Below are positions 8,374 through 17,511 of a stretch of 64,000 nt of DNA, one piece after another. The notes beneath the pieces were generated by a model. The model was not told the DNA's origin, searched no databases, and saw nothing but the letters and a program-made list of their open reading frames with translations. A program made the translations under genes and the position numbers. Origin of the DNA: an uncultured virus (IMG/VR IMGVR_UViG_3300027851_000013). Its lineage: Duplodnaviria; Heunggongvirae; Uroviricota; Caudoviricetes. Where the stretch lies: IMG/VR virus record IMGVR_UViG_3300027851_000013. The stretch is one strand, 5' to 3'. How positions within the stretch are numbered: position 1 is the stretch's first letter; each line of letters starts with the position of its first letter.

Positions 8374-9498
8374 GTGGGACGTTCTTGGATTGTAGAAAAT
8401 AAGTGGACTTGCTATTCCTGCGGGTCTAAAAACCTTGGCAGGGACATGCGATGTTCTACTTGTGGTTCCCCTAAGGAAAAGGGAGAGAAGTATAATCCTG
8501 GGGGTTCCACGCCTGTCACCGACCCAGAGTTGCTCAAGCAGGCATCTGCAGGTCCTAACTGGACGTGTAGATTTTGCTTTAATGACAACCGCGCCCTTTT
8601 GACTTCTTGCCGAGTGTGTGGGGCAAGTAGGGATCCTTCCGAACCTCCGCCTGCCCCTAAAAAGAGGTCAAAGGCCACAATCATTCCTCCCCCAAGAGCA
8701 GCATCCACTGCTCCCTCTCCTGCTCCCTCTCTAAGGGAGAGTCCTAGATATGCGGTGCTTATCGAGGAGAAGAGTTTATTCTCCACTCTACGAAAGAATG
8801 TTGGACTAATTCTTCTTTGTTTGGCTGTTTTGTCTTCTTTTGTAATTCTTTGGGTTTTGTTATCCACTCATGAGGTAAGGGCGGAAGTACGGTCTACCTC
8901 CTGGGAATACAGGAAAATCCTGGAACAGAGGATGACTAAATCTGGCTCCGGCTGGGGGACTCCTTCTGGGTCTTTTAACGCATCCTGTCACACCAGACAG
9001 AGAGGCACAGAGAGATGCCATCCTAGAGATTGCAATCCACATCAGGTATCTTACGATTGTCGACCACACGACTGTAGTTGTCACGTTAGTTGCACTGATC
9101 TCTCTAATGGTTACTCTCGCTGTGAGGAACACTGTTCTACGTGTTACGACACTTGTACACGGACAGAATACAACACCTGTTACGATGAGTGTCCTGTATA
9201 CGATGAATGGTGTACTTATTCCTACTATGAGTGGGACGAAATAGACCGAGAAGTGACGCGTGGTACAAATGACGAGCCTCATTGGGGCAGCAGGATTTCA
9301 CCTAATGAATCCGTGCCCCAAAGAGTGATCAAGTCCGAATCCTACAGCGTAATCTTCTATGCTGATGAGGAGGAGTGGACATATCATCCTTCTTCCCTTC
9401 GAGAATACTCATCTTTTTCTACTCAGGATTCTTGGTTGATTGAGGTAAACTACGCCGGAATGGTCTGGCCTAGAAGACCTCAACAAGAAAATCGCTGA
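8374..9498 (+). CDS. membrane protein with two RanBP2-like zinc fingers and a Cys-rich C-terminal domain
   Basis: WTCYSCG..N....CSTCG and WTCRFC..N....CRVCG; Pro-rich linker; one transmembrane helix. Confidence 0.75.
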   Translation: MGRSWIVENKWTCYSCGSKNLGRDMRCSTCGSPKEKGEKYNPGGSTPVTDPELLKQASAGPNWTCRFCFNDNRALLTSCRVCGASRDPSEPPPAPKKRSKATIIPPPRAASTAPSPAPSLRESPRYAVLIEEKSLFSTLRKNVGLILLCLAVLSSFVILWVLLSTHEVRAEVRSTSWEYRKILEQRMTKSGSGWGTPSGSFNASCHTRQRGTERCHPRDCNPHQVSYDCRPHDCSCHVSCTDLSNGYSRCEEHCSTCYDTCTRTEYNTCYDECPVYDEWCTYSYYEWDEIDREVTRGTNDEPHWGSRISPNESVPQRVIKSESYSVIFYADEEEWTYHPSSLREYSSFSTQDSWLIEVNYAGMVWPRRPQQENR

Positions 9499-9509
9499 AA
9501 GGTGCCTAC

Positions 9510-10424
9510 ATGTCTCAATTGTCTACCCTGGCTCATCCCGTGACTCCGCTGACTGCCTCTTTGCCTCCTGCTGTGGCAGCAATCCTCAAGGTGGCCAAAG
9601 ATACCCGAGACCTCGACGGACGAGTGGAGTATACCCTGGACATCGACAAGGGTCTTGCTTCTCTCCTGCTAGAAAACAGGGACGAATGCCAGCGACGAGT
9701 TTCCAGGGAACGTGTACTGGAGCTTCGTACTGATATCGAAGCTGGAAAATGGATTAACACTGGTGATTCTATTCGTCTGTCTCCTACGGGAACTCTCGTG
9801 GACGGTCAGCATCGCCTCACTGCGTTTGTCTCCTCCAACACTCCGCCGCATTTCATTCTTAAGGACATGACTGTTGTTCTTTTGAAGAGTGCTGCGGCTC
9901 TTGATGTAGTGGACACCGGAAAGAGCCGCACTCTCAGCGATCTGCGCAAGATGACAGGCCGTAAGGCAGTTTCGGGGCGGATCATTGGCGGAATTCTTTT
10001 TGAGCTTCGCTCTTTCGACCAGAAGGACAACTTGTCTAAGATGAAGCGCAACGAGGTTGTGGACAACCACCCCTTTCTGGACGACCTCGTAGACATGGCA
10101 TCTCCTAAGAACGGGTTTACACTAGCGTCTACTCCCGTGATTGCTGCTGCTATCCGATGCATGCGTGTACCGGGAGCGAAGGACGAGGCCCTTGCGTTCT
10201 TCCAGGCAGTCGCCCAAAACCGACACGCCATTGACGGAGTTACCATTCCTCAGATTGAGCTTCTTACGAACTGGCTGTTGACTAACCAGCACTCGGGCGG
10301 AGGTCACGCTATTCGTAGAGAAACCGCTGCTCGGTGTATCTCTGCGTGGAATGCTTATCGTCAAAAGCGGAAGCTGAACCACCTTCGCTACTCCAAGGCC
10401 AACGAGTTCCCCTCTCCCGTGTGA
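9510..10424 (+). CDS. ParB-like N-terminal domain protein
   Basis: LVDGQHRL motif, VVDTG..R. Confidence 0.7.
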   Translation: MSQLSTLAHPVTPLTASLPPAVAAILKVAKDTRDLDGRVEYTLDIDKGLASLLLENRDECQRRVSRERVLELRTDIEAGKWINTGDSIRLSPTGTLVDGQHRLTAFVSSNTPPHFILKDMTVVLLKSAAALDVVDTGKSRTLSDLRKMTGRKAVSGRIIGGILFELRSFDQKDNLSKMKRNEVVDNHPFLDDLVDMASPKNGFTLASTPVIAAAIRCMRVPGAKDEALAFFQAVAQNRHAIDGVTIPQIELLTNWLLTNQHSGGGHAIRRETAARCISAWNAYRQKRKLNHLRYSKANEFPSPV

Positions 10425-10518
10425 TGCTAAAGTTAGCAGTGTTAGGCGAGAGGTCGTCTAACACTGCTAACTACCTTGTTATTTTATCTACGTTCCCACC
10501 TCATCACACAGGAAGGGG

Positions 10519-10833
10519 GTGTACGTGGGTAAAACAAAAGAAGACAAGAAAAAGCACGTTCATAGTAAGCAGCAGAAAATTTGGAATTATCTCTCCCAGC
10601 ATGAGTGTGAAATGTGTGGTGAGAGAGACCCTCTTGTCCTTGAGTTTGACCACCTACACAATAAAAGAGTAGACATATCGAAATTGATAAGATCTACCAC
10701 ATGTAGTTGGAACCATCTTCAGTTAGAGCTTGACAAGTGTCGCGTCTTGTGCTCTAATTGCCACAAGAGAAAGACACATCAGGAGTCTAACTCTTACCGC
10801 TACCGATTTCTACTACTGGCGCAAGCAGGATGA
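10519..10833 (+). CDS. HNH endonuclease
   Basis: CEMCGE...LEFDH...KCRVLCSNCHK. Confidence 0.85.
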   Translation: MYVGKTKEDKKKHVHSKQQKIWNYLSQHECEMCGERDPLVLEFDHLHNKRVDISKLIRSTTCSWNHLQLELDKCRVLCSNCHKRKTHQESNSYRYRFLLLAQAG

Positions 10834-11039
10834 CACACCTCAAACCTAAACGTTGAGACCTTAGCCATGCATGGCAAGTCCTATATGGAATCCATCCTGG
10901 CTTATCTCCTGCTATACGTTTTTGGCGTAGTGTCTGGCTTCATACTTCTTTTAGTGCTGGATAGCCAGTATGTTCCATGGTGGGAGATAACTAACTACAT
11001 CTTTCCCTCCCGCATACAGCATTGGCTCTTGTGGGGCAC

Positions 11040-11115
11040 AGGACCGTAGCTCAGTCGGTAGAGCAGTGGACTTTTAATCCAACGGTCGAGGGTTCGAGCC
11101 CCTCCGGTCCTACCA
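11040..11115 (+). tRNA. tRNA-Lys(UUU)
   Basis: Cloverleaf, CT-TTT-AA loop, CCA. Confidence 0.95.
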
Positions 11116-11186
11116 AGAATAGACCTTTGTTTGACAGGTGAATCACCCCTCTGCTACCTTATTTAGGAGAGTAGAGGAGGTGCCTT

Positions 11187-11672
11187 GTGCGTAAACCAAA
11201 GGAACCGGCGTGTAAACACACCAGTCTTCTAAAAAGGTTTGACAAGATAAACCTCGAATTTTTTGGGGGTATGGTGTGCGGAGGAATAGGTTGGCGCCAT
11301 CTTCCTCTAAAAAGTAAGTATACTGCCCAAGCCTGCTGTGTATTCGAGGAAAGGTTGATAAAGGTCAACTCTTTTATGGACGACATTCGAATACCTTTGT
11401 GGTATTTAGACTTTGTCATCTACCATGAAATGCTTCATCTTCAACACGGGCCTCAGCAATTTTCTCCGGATGGGAAGCCATATCCGCATAGTTTGAGATT
11501 TCAGTGCATGGAGATAGCACATCCTGACTACCAAAAAGCTTTAGAATTCGAGAAAGTAAAGCTTCCTAACATCATAAGTAGTTGGATACGGTGGAGAGAT
11601 TGGAACAGAAAGTCTAAACCTAGCGGTGTAAAAGACACTCAGGTCAGATCTGCCGCCAAGAAAACTAAGTAA
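11187..11672 (+). CDS. SprT/M48-like zinc metallopeptidase domain protein
   Basis: VIYHEMLH...H..RF. Confidence 0.7.
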   Translation: MRKPKEPACKHTSLLKRFDKINLEFFGGMVCGGIGWRHLPLKSKYTAQACCVFEERLIKVNSFMDDIRIPLWYLDFVIYHEMLHLQHGPQQFSPDGKPYPHSLRFQCMEIAHPDYQKALEFEKVKLPNIISSWIRWRDWNRKSKPSGVKDTQVRSAAKKTK

Positions 11673-11694
11673 ATACCTACTATTTAGCCTTCGC

Positions 11695-12417
11695 ATGACG
11701 ACGAGAATATCAAAGCACGACCCTTCCAGAAATGGATACCAAAAGAAATATCAGAAGAAAAGGTATCATGAACGTAAAAAGGAAGCTATTGATATATTAG
11801 GCGGAAAGTGCTCTGTATGTGGTTCTACCTCTAATTTGGAATTCGACCATAAGAACCCTGATGGTAAATCCTTTACTCTCACTAAGTTATGGTCCGTGCC
11901 CGAAGCGGAATTCAAAAAAGAGTTAAAGAAGTGTCGCCTTTTATGCAGGAAACACCATCTAGAAAATACTGGAAAGCAAAGGGAAAACGGTACAGTAAAA
12001 TCCGAACCTGGCAAAAGCCAGTATGGGAAAGACAATAAAAAGAAGGCGTACACGCTAAGCCTTCAGCTCCTCAAGCTTTCGAAGAAGGTTTCCCTTCAGG
12101 AACTTGCCAAAGATGCCTCTTCAGTCGCATCTTCCGTTGCCTCTTCTTTCGACGAGGTTAAGTCTGCCTCCGCTTCTTCCTTTCGTAAGTCCGATAGAAT
12201 CGGTCGTCCAGTCATCACCTGGAACGTGTTCAGAAAGGAAAACGGAAATCAGGTTTTGTTTACTGTGTATGGGCGAGAAAGGGACACAGATACGGTAAAC
12301 AAAATAGTGTCTTCCCTGAAAGAAAAATTAGGTCATTTTGGTGCTATATTGGAGTACGAAGATGACCTAAGTGAGCCAGGTCTTCTCGTAAAGGTTGTTT
12401 CAGGAGTACACACGTGA
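11695..12417 (+). CDS. HNH endonuclease domain with C-terminal extension
   Basis: GGKCSVCG...LEFDH...CRLLCRKHH. Confidence 0.75.
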   Translation: MTTRISKHDPSRNGYQKKYQKKRYHERKKEAIDILGGKCSVCGSTSNLEFDHKNPDGKSFTLTKLWSVPEAEFKKELKKCRLLCRKHHLENTGKQRENGTVKSEPGKSQYGKDNKKKAYTLSLQLLKLSKKVSLQELAKDASSVASSVASSFDEVKSASASSFRKSDRIGRPVITWNVFRKENGNQVLFTVYGRERDTDTVNKIVSSLKEKLGHFGAILEYEDDLSEPGLLVKVVSGVHT

Positions 12418-12692
12418 TTACACCTTCTTTACGTAGACGGACTTTGTCCAAAGTCAGAATCGCAAAAGCCCTAATCCGCTTCTCTCAAAAGCGAAAGAAG
12501 TTGGCTGGTATTACTCAATCTCTCAGTGGAATGGGTAAGAGCCCTGTGGATCTTCTTAAATTCATGTCTGGTCTAGGTGATCTTCCCGGAGCTGAGGACC
12601 AGACAGCGGAAAACGAAGATGAGCCTGTAAAGGACGAGGCAGAGGACGAAGAGGGTGGGTTTGCTACTTCCATCGTTGACATGCTCTCTTGA
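12414..12692 (+). CDS. hypothetical protein
   Basis: Overlapping ORF. Confidence 0.45.
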   Translation: MITPSLRRRTLSKVRIAKALIRFSQKRKKLAGITQSLSGMGKSPVDLLKFMSGLGDLPGAEDQTAENEDEPVKDEAEDEEGGFATSIVDMLS

Positions 12693-12716
12693 CGATCTTA
12701 CCTTCCTGCCTATACT

Positions 12717-12793
12717 GCGTCTGTATCTCAATCGGATAGAGAACTGGTCTACGAAATCAGAGGTTGTAGGTTCGATTCCTACCGGACGCGCCA
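12717..12793 (+). tRNA. tRNA-Arg(ACG)
   Basis: Cloverleaf, CT-ACG-AA loop, CCA. Confidence 0.93.
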
Positions 12794-12840
12794 AGTAGGT
12801 TACCTGCCTACTTTTTAAATCTAAACACAAAGAGACTCAC

Positions 12841-13575
12841 ATGAAACTCAACCAAGTTTTGGCCATCGAAAAGGGTGTCAAAGCATCCTCCACCCGTGCT
12901 CTCACTGACCTTCATCGTAAAGCACAGACGCAGGCTCTGTACGACGGTAGGGAAAGAACATACCAACCTCTCAACGAGGAGGGTGAGAAGTTTCCCCCTG
13001 AGAGCCAGAAGGTGCAGATTAAGGCAAAGAATGTTCTGAAAGAGGTCCAGTCGGCTCTCTCCGAGCTTTTTGACGTAACCTTCACCAAGGATAGTGCCAA
13101 TATGTCAGCTGTGGCTGACGTAAAGGTTGATGGTACGTCCTTGCTTACTGCTGTTCCTGTGACTTACTTGCTTTTTCTTGAGAAGCAGCTAACTGATCTT
13201 CACACCTTTGTTGCTAAGATGCCGATTCTAGACCCGTCAGAGAATTGGCAGTGGGATGACGGTCAATCTGCTTTCCGGTCTCCTGTAGTGGAGACTGCTA
13301 AGACTAAGAAGACCATCAAGCCCGTCATTCTTCATCCAGCCACCAAAGAGCATCCTGCTCAGGTCAAGGAAGTGTCCGAGGACGTAGTCATCGGATACTG
13401 GCGCCAGACCCGATTTTCTGGGGCCCTGACCCAGGAAAAGAAGGATGACATCCTGGACCGCATTCACAAGCTTCAACAGGCTGTTAAATTTGCTCGTGAG
13501 GAGGCCAACTCCGTCACTGTGACCAAGAAAGAAGTTTCTGGAGCCATCTTCAGCTACGTTTTTTCTGGTGTTTGA
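12841..13575 (+). CDS. conserved hypothetical helical protein (KLNQ..A.EKGVK family), upstream of a large ncRNA
   Basis: Well-formed ORF; family recalled from bacteria and phages, function unknown. Confidence 0.75.
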   Translation: MKLNQVLAIEKGVKASSTRALTDLHRKAQTQALYDGRERTYQPLNEEGEKFPPESQKVQIKAKNVLKEVQSALSELFDVTFTKDSANMSAVADVKVDGTSLLTAVPVTYLLFLEKQLTDLHTFVAKMPILDPSENWQWDDGQSAFRSPVVETAKTKKTIKPVILHPATKEHPAQVKEVSEDVVIGYWRQTRFSGALTQEKKDDILDRIHKLQQAVKFAREEANSVTVTKKEVSGAIFSYVFSGV

Positions 13576-13592
13576 CGGTTGTACAGGAGATC

Positions 13593-13610
13593 GAACCCTG
13601 TACATACTAG
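13593..13610 (+). promoter_or_regulatory. putative phage promoter motif (copy 3)
   Basis: GAACCCTGTACATACTAG directly upstream of the structured RNA. Confidence 0.6.
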
Positions 13611-13624
13611 AAGACATGTAGAAC

Positions 13625-14020
13625 TCTGCTCAAGTCCATGGGACTTGAGTTAGGGAAAGAGAACAAGTTCAAGTTCAACTTGAATATGGGTACGATCGGG
13701 TGCAGGTTCGAATCCTGCCCTCCCCGCCATTTTATGGGGAGGTAGCCCAACTGGAAGAGGCTAGTACCCCTCAATCCCTTCGTTAGTCTATTCTCTAATC
13801 TTGGAGACCCGAATCGATCGCCATCTCAACCTCTCGTTTACCCTTGCCTAAGATGATGGTTCAACTCCATCCCCCTTCGCTCAGCAACCAAATTCTTTTG
13901 GTTGCTGAGCGAAGGGGTGGTCTAATGGAATGACATAGGCACTTAGATCTAAAAAACGAGATTAAATGTCGTTGGCGTGAAAAAATGAAACGGGTACCTA
14001 CTAAGTAGGACTACATCTGG
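13625..14020 (+). ncRNA. large structured RNA with two circularly permuted tRNA-like modules (13688-13769 and 13845-13941); ends approximate
   Basis: Each module runs T arm, loop-closed acceptor stem, D arm, inside a closing helix; no ORF in the region. Confidence 0.75.
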
Positions 14021-14060
14021 GCGGGGTCAGCAAGGCTATGCTGGCCTCGCCTTTTTATTT
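14020..14060 (+). terminator. intrinsic terminator
   Basis: GGCGGGGTCAGCA...TGCTGGCCTCGCC followed by TTTTT. Confidence 0.7.
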
Positions 14061-14410
14061 AATGAGAGCTATGACCACCTCCAGTTAGACACTGTTTTAC
14101 CCGGTCTCTTTTCTTGTGAAAGAGAAGTCTCTTTCGCATACGAGGGTAAACAGCTTCGTCTAACTGTGGATGAGTCTTTTGTGACAGATGACAATAAGTT
14201 AAGCGTAACGATTTTGGAGAGGAGACATGGCATAGTGTATGTCTCTCTTCCAGGCGAGACGTATTGTGGGTTATCTAGATTATTCCTTCCCGTTTCCTCA
14301 CTTTCATCCTGAAAGATCATAGCATGACTGCTGAACGACACACCACGTCTTCAAGTTCTCAGGCAACCGCAGGATACCAGGAGAACTCATCAAGCTGCCG
14401 GAGGATTCGA

Positions 14411-14659
14411 ATGACTAACCCCGAAGGGCTGACGTGGGCAGAGTGGGCGTACGCTGCTGGTATCCCTGAGCCGGGCGTACGTGTCTTCGGGCTCCCGGCT
14501 CCGCACCGGGACCCCACCACACAAACATTCTATCAACCACCTATACACCGCGCCGGGCACGAAAGGCGTGGCTATGCCTACCTCTTTCGCAAGGAGCGCA
14601 AAGCATGGCGTCAGGGAGAGGATCCCTCAGAGTGGCGGAACAAAGCACCACGCAGTTGA
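14411..14659 (+). CDS. hypothetical protein
   Basis: GAGG RBS before MTNPEGLTWAEW. Confidence 0.5.
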   Translation: MTNPEGLTWAEWAYAAGIPEPGVRVFGLPAPHRDPTTQTFYQPPIHRAGHERRGYAYLFRKERKAWRQGEDPSEWRNKAPRS

Positions 14660-14697
14660 GCGGGTGGAGAACGTTGCGTCCCCGCAGATCGGATATT

Positions 14698-15537
14698 ATG
14701 ACCACTAAGAAAACGATTATTGTGTTTCACGGGGAGTGCACAGACGGGTGGACGGCTGCCTGGAGTGCATGGAAGAAGTTCGGTGATGAGGCGGAGTATT
14801 TCCCTGCCATTCATGGAAAGGCACTAGACTTTCCTGTGGACGGAAAGGATGTATATTTTTTGGATTTCTGCCCTCCTGTCGCAAAGATTGTTGAATGGGC
14901 TCATCGTTCTCGCACGCTTCGTGTGCTGGACCATCATAAATCTGCTCAGGATATGTGTGGGGATAATGAATACTGTACTTTCGACATGAACCGATCTGGC
15001 GCTGGAATGGCTTGGGACTTTTTCCATCCTGACATTCCTCGTCCCCTAATCGTCTCGTACGTAGAGGATCGTGACATTTGGGCGTGGAAACTTCCTCATT
15101 CTAGAACTGTGAGCGCCTCTCTTGGTAGCTATCCCCTGTATGACTTTGAGGCGTGGTCTCACTTGGCGCACAGGCTTCAGCACGATATGGACTCGATTCT
15201 CCTAGAAGGTAGAGCCATTGAGCGTGCTAATCAGATCCAGATTGACGGATGTAAGGGTAACACTGCCTTTGTTCGATTCTGTGGCTTCGACAATGTTCCT
15301 GTGGTCAATGCTTCTGGTATCAATTTGAGCGATCTGTTGAACCAGCTGGCCGCTCCTGAATTCTTCTCTGTTGCTTGGTATCGTCGACCTGATGGGAAGT
15401 TTAAGTACTCACTCCGCTCTAATGGGTCTTTCGACGTTGCCAAGATGGCTGAAAAGTTCGGCGGGGGAGGGCACAAAAACGCCTCTGCTTTCGTACACGT
15501 CAATCCACCTTGGATGTTAGAAGAAAATCCGGATTGA
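14698..15537 (+). CDS. DHH/DHHA1 family phosphoesterase
   Basis: HGECTDG, LDF, LDHH and GGGGHKNAS motifs. Confidence 0.9.
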   Translation: MTTKKTIIVFHGECTDGWTAAWSAWKKFGDEAEYFPAIHGKALDFPVDGKDVYFLDFCPPVAKIVEWAHRSRTLRVLDHHKSAQDMCGDNEYCTFDMNRSGAGMAWDFFHPDIPRPLIVSYVEDRDIWAWKLPHSRTVSASLGSYPLYDFEAWSHLAHRLQHDMDSILLEGRAIERANQIQIDGCKGNTAFVRFCGFDNVPVVNASGINLSDLLNQLAAPEFFSVAWYRRPDGKFKYSLRSNGSFDVAKMAEKFGGGGHKNASAFVHVNPPWMLEENPD

Positions 15538-15577
15538 CTTTCATGACACATAGCGTGGCATCAACAGAAGGGATCTT

Positions 15578-16222
15578 ATGAGTAGCAGTTATTTGATGGG
15601 AGCTTCGGACGCTGACCCGGAAATGGGCGCTTTTCTCCAGCTAAAAAATTCCTGGGGCAACCAACCAATGATCTGGAATGCTCTGGCGAAGAAGTACGCC
15701 AAGGAGATAAATGCCACAGGGTTCAGTTTTGATGACTGGGAGAAGTTGATGCGGTGGGTCTATTCTTCTGGTAAGCTGGCTCCATTTGAACTCAATGTCT
15801 TCGCGATGGCTGACGAGGGAAACTACATTGAAGGTGGCGAAGACATGCAAATCTATGCTCAATCGCTGAGGAAGTTTGCAGAAGTATACTCCGAGCCTAA
15901 TATTGTTTGTCACCTACCCTTAGCAGCAAGCCGAATCGAGGAGCTTGTGAAAGAAAACAAGGTTAGGTGGCTGGCCTGGTACGGGACCTCGATCAATGCA
16001 AACCCATGGCAGATTAGAGAGGATACGGGCACTCCTGAAGAGGAGCAAGACGAGGAATACGAGCCTGAGTACAGGCCTTACAATATGCTGACAGATTTGG
16101 GTAGGCCACTTTACGATTCAGGTGCCACAGTTGAGCGCGTAAAAATGTTGCCTCTCAGTCATGATCCCGCTCCTTACTCTGCGCTACGCCAGTATCGCAA
16201 AGTAGTCGATGCCTCCAAGTAA
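15578..16222 (+). CDS. hypothetical protein
   Basis: 214-aa ORF. Confidence 0.6.
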   Translation: MSSSYLMGASDADPEMGAFLQLKNSWGNQPMIWNALAKKYAKEINATGFSFDDWEKLMRWVYSSGKLAPFELNVFAMADEGNYIEGGEDMQIYAQSLRKFAEVYSEPNIVCHLPLAASRIEELVKENKVRWLAWYGTSINANPWQIREDTGTPEEEQDEEYEPEYRPYNMLTDLGRPLYDSGATVERVKMLPLSHDPAPYSALRQYRKVVDASK

Positions 16223-16595
16223 CACTGAACCTCCTACTTTCCCATGTCCCGAGCCTGATTGCTCCGGTGTTCTCACTCTAAAGTACAGCCGCCGATTTGA
16301 TCGCCCTTTTTATGGCTGTTCAAAGTGGGCTTCGGGGTGTAATGGTGGGATAGGGGCGCATAAGGATGGCCGTCCCCTTGGAGTTCCTGCAGACTCTTTC
16401 ACCAAGAAAAAGAGGATAGAGGCTCATAACGCTTTCGATAGGATCTGGAAAAGTAGGCTGTTGTCGCGTACAGCCGCCTACCAATGGCTGTCTACTCAGA
16501 TGGGCCGCGAGATTCACATGGGAGAGTTAGGAGCAGAGGACTGTGACGCTGTCGTTCTTTTGGTAAGGCGTCACTTTCCTGAACTTTTTCCTTGA
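16209..16595 (+). CDS. zinc-finger protein (topoisomerase C4-like plus DUF3268-like)
   Basis: CPEPDC...FYGCSKW...GAH.DG.PLG.PAD...AH.AFDRIW. Confidence 0.7.
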   Translation: MPPSNTEPPTFPCPEPDCSGVLTLKYSRRFDRPFYGCSKWASGCNGGIGAHKDGRPLGVPADSFTKKKRIEAHNAFDRIWKSRLLSRTAAYQWLSTQMGREIHMGELGAEDCDAVVLLVRRHFPELFP

Positions 16596-16794
16596 CTCGT
16601 TTTTCGTGTATGCTACAACCACCTGGTGAGTTGCTTGCTGATACATCTAGACGCTAATATTGGAGGAGGGAACTATTTTAGTTCCTTCCTCAATTGGTGC
16701 ATTGATAGCAGCAGGTAACAAGATCTTCCCCAGTCAGTTGTTACCCAGAATAGAAGGGGATTGACAACTGAATAGGATGATGAAGACAACTTTA

Positions 16795-16895
16795 GCGACG
16801 AATGCTGAAGGGTATACATTGCACCAAAAGAGCGAACGCTGGTTCGATTCCAGCGAAAAACGGGATGGTTCCCTACTCTTCCTTTCTGTCGTCGC
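16795..16895 (+). ncRNA. Y RNA-like gene A (T arm only)
   Basis: GCGACGA-ATGC...TACAT...TTCTG-TCGTCGC terminal stem; GCTGGTTCGATTCCAGC T arm. Confidence 0.75.
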
Positions 16896-16899
16896 ATTT

Positions 16900-16974
16900 T
16901 CCGGGGTGGCGCAGCGGTAGCGCGGTCGGCTGTTAACCGATTGGTCGTAGGTTCGAATCCTACCCCCGGAGCCA
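16900..16974 (+). tRNA. tRNA-Asn(GUU)
   Basis: Cloverleaf, CT-GTT-AA loop, CCA. Confidence 0.95.
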
Positions 16975-17021
16975 CGTAGCTTAGTGTTAGATTAAAGCAC
17001 TATTCAATGTAAAATAGTGCT

Positions 17022-17507
17022 ATGAATAAAAGAGAACATGCTATCTACGTTAGAGAACGACGTTCACGGCTAAAGAAAGCTATTGTAAAGCTGGCTGGAG
17101 GTCGGTGTCGTATTTGTGGCTATGACAAATGTAGTGCTGCCTTGGAGTTCCATCACCCTGGAAGCGACAAGGACTTCGGTCTGTCCTACAAGGGTTTGTT
17201 CAGAAGCTTTTCCTCGATCGCAGAAGAAGTGAGCAAGACTGTTCTATTGTGTGCTAATTGTCACCGTGAGATTCACAATATACCAGGTGTAGAGTGTCCT
17301 TCTCCTATTCTTCTTTCGGAGGACGACCTTCGGCGTAAGGTTCACTCCCTAGAAACTAGGTCACCTCGTATAGAGGGGTTCCATCATGGAACTAGTAGCG
17401 GATACAACCTACATAAATGTAGGTGCACCCTGTGTAAGTTGTATCATAAAGAGGCAGCGGCCAGGTACAGACTTAAGAAGAAAACACCTCCGGAGCCATG
17501 TAGCTGA
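17022..17507 (+). CDS. HNH homing endonuclease
   Basis: GGRCRICGY...ALEFHH...LLCANCHRE; C-terminal HGT..GY....CRC..C. Confidence 0.88.
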   Translation: MNKREHAIYVRERRSRLKKAIVKLAGGRCRICGYDKCSAALEFHHPGSDKDFGLSYKGLFRSFSSIAEEVSKTVLLCANCHREIHNIPGVECPSPILLSEDDLRRKVHSLETRSPRIEGFHHGTSSGYNLHKCRCTLCKLYHKEAAARYRLKKKTPPEPCS

Positions 17508-17511
17508 TTTT

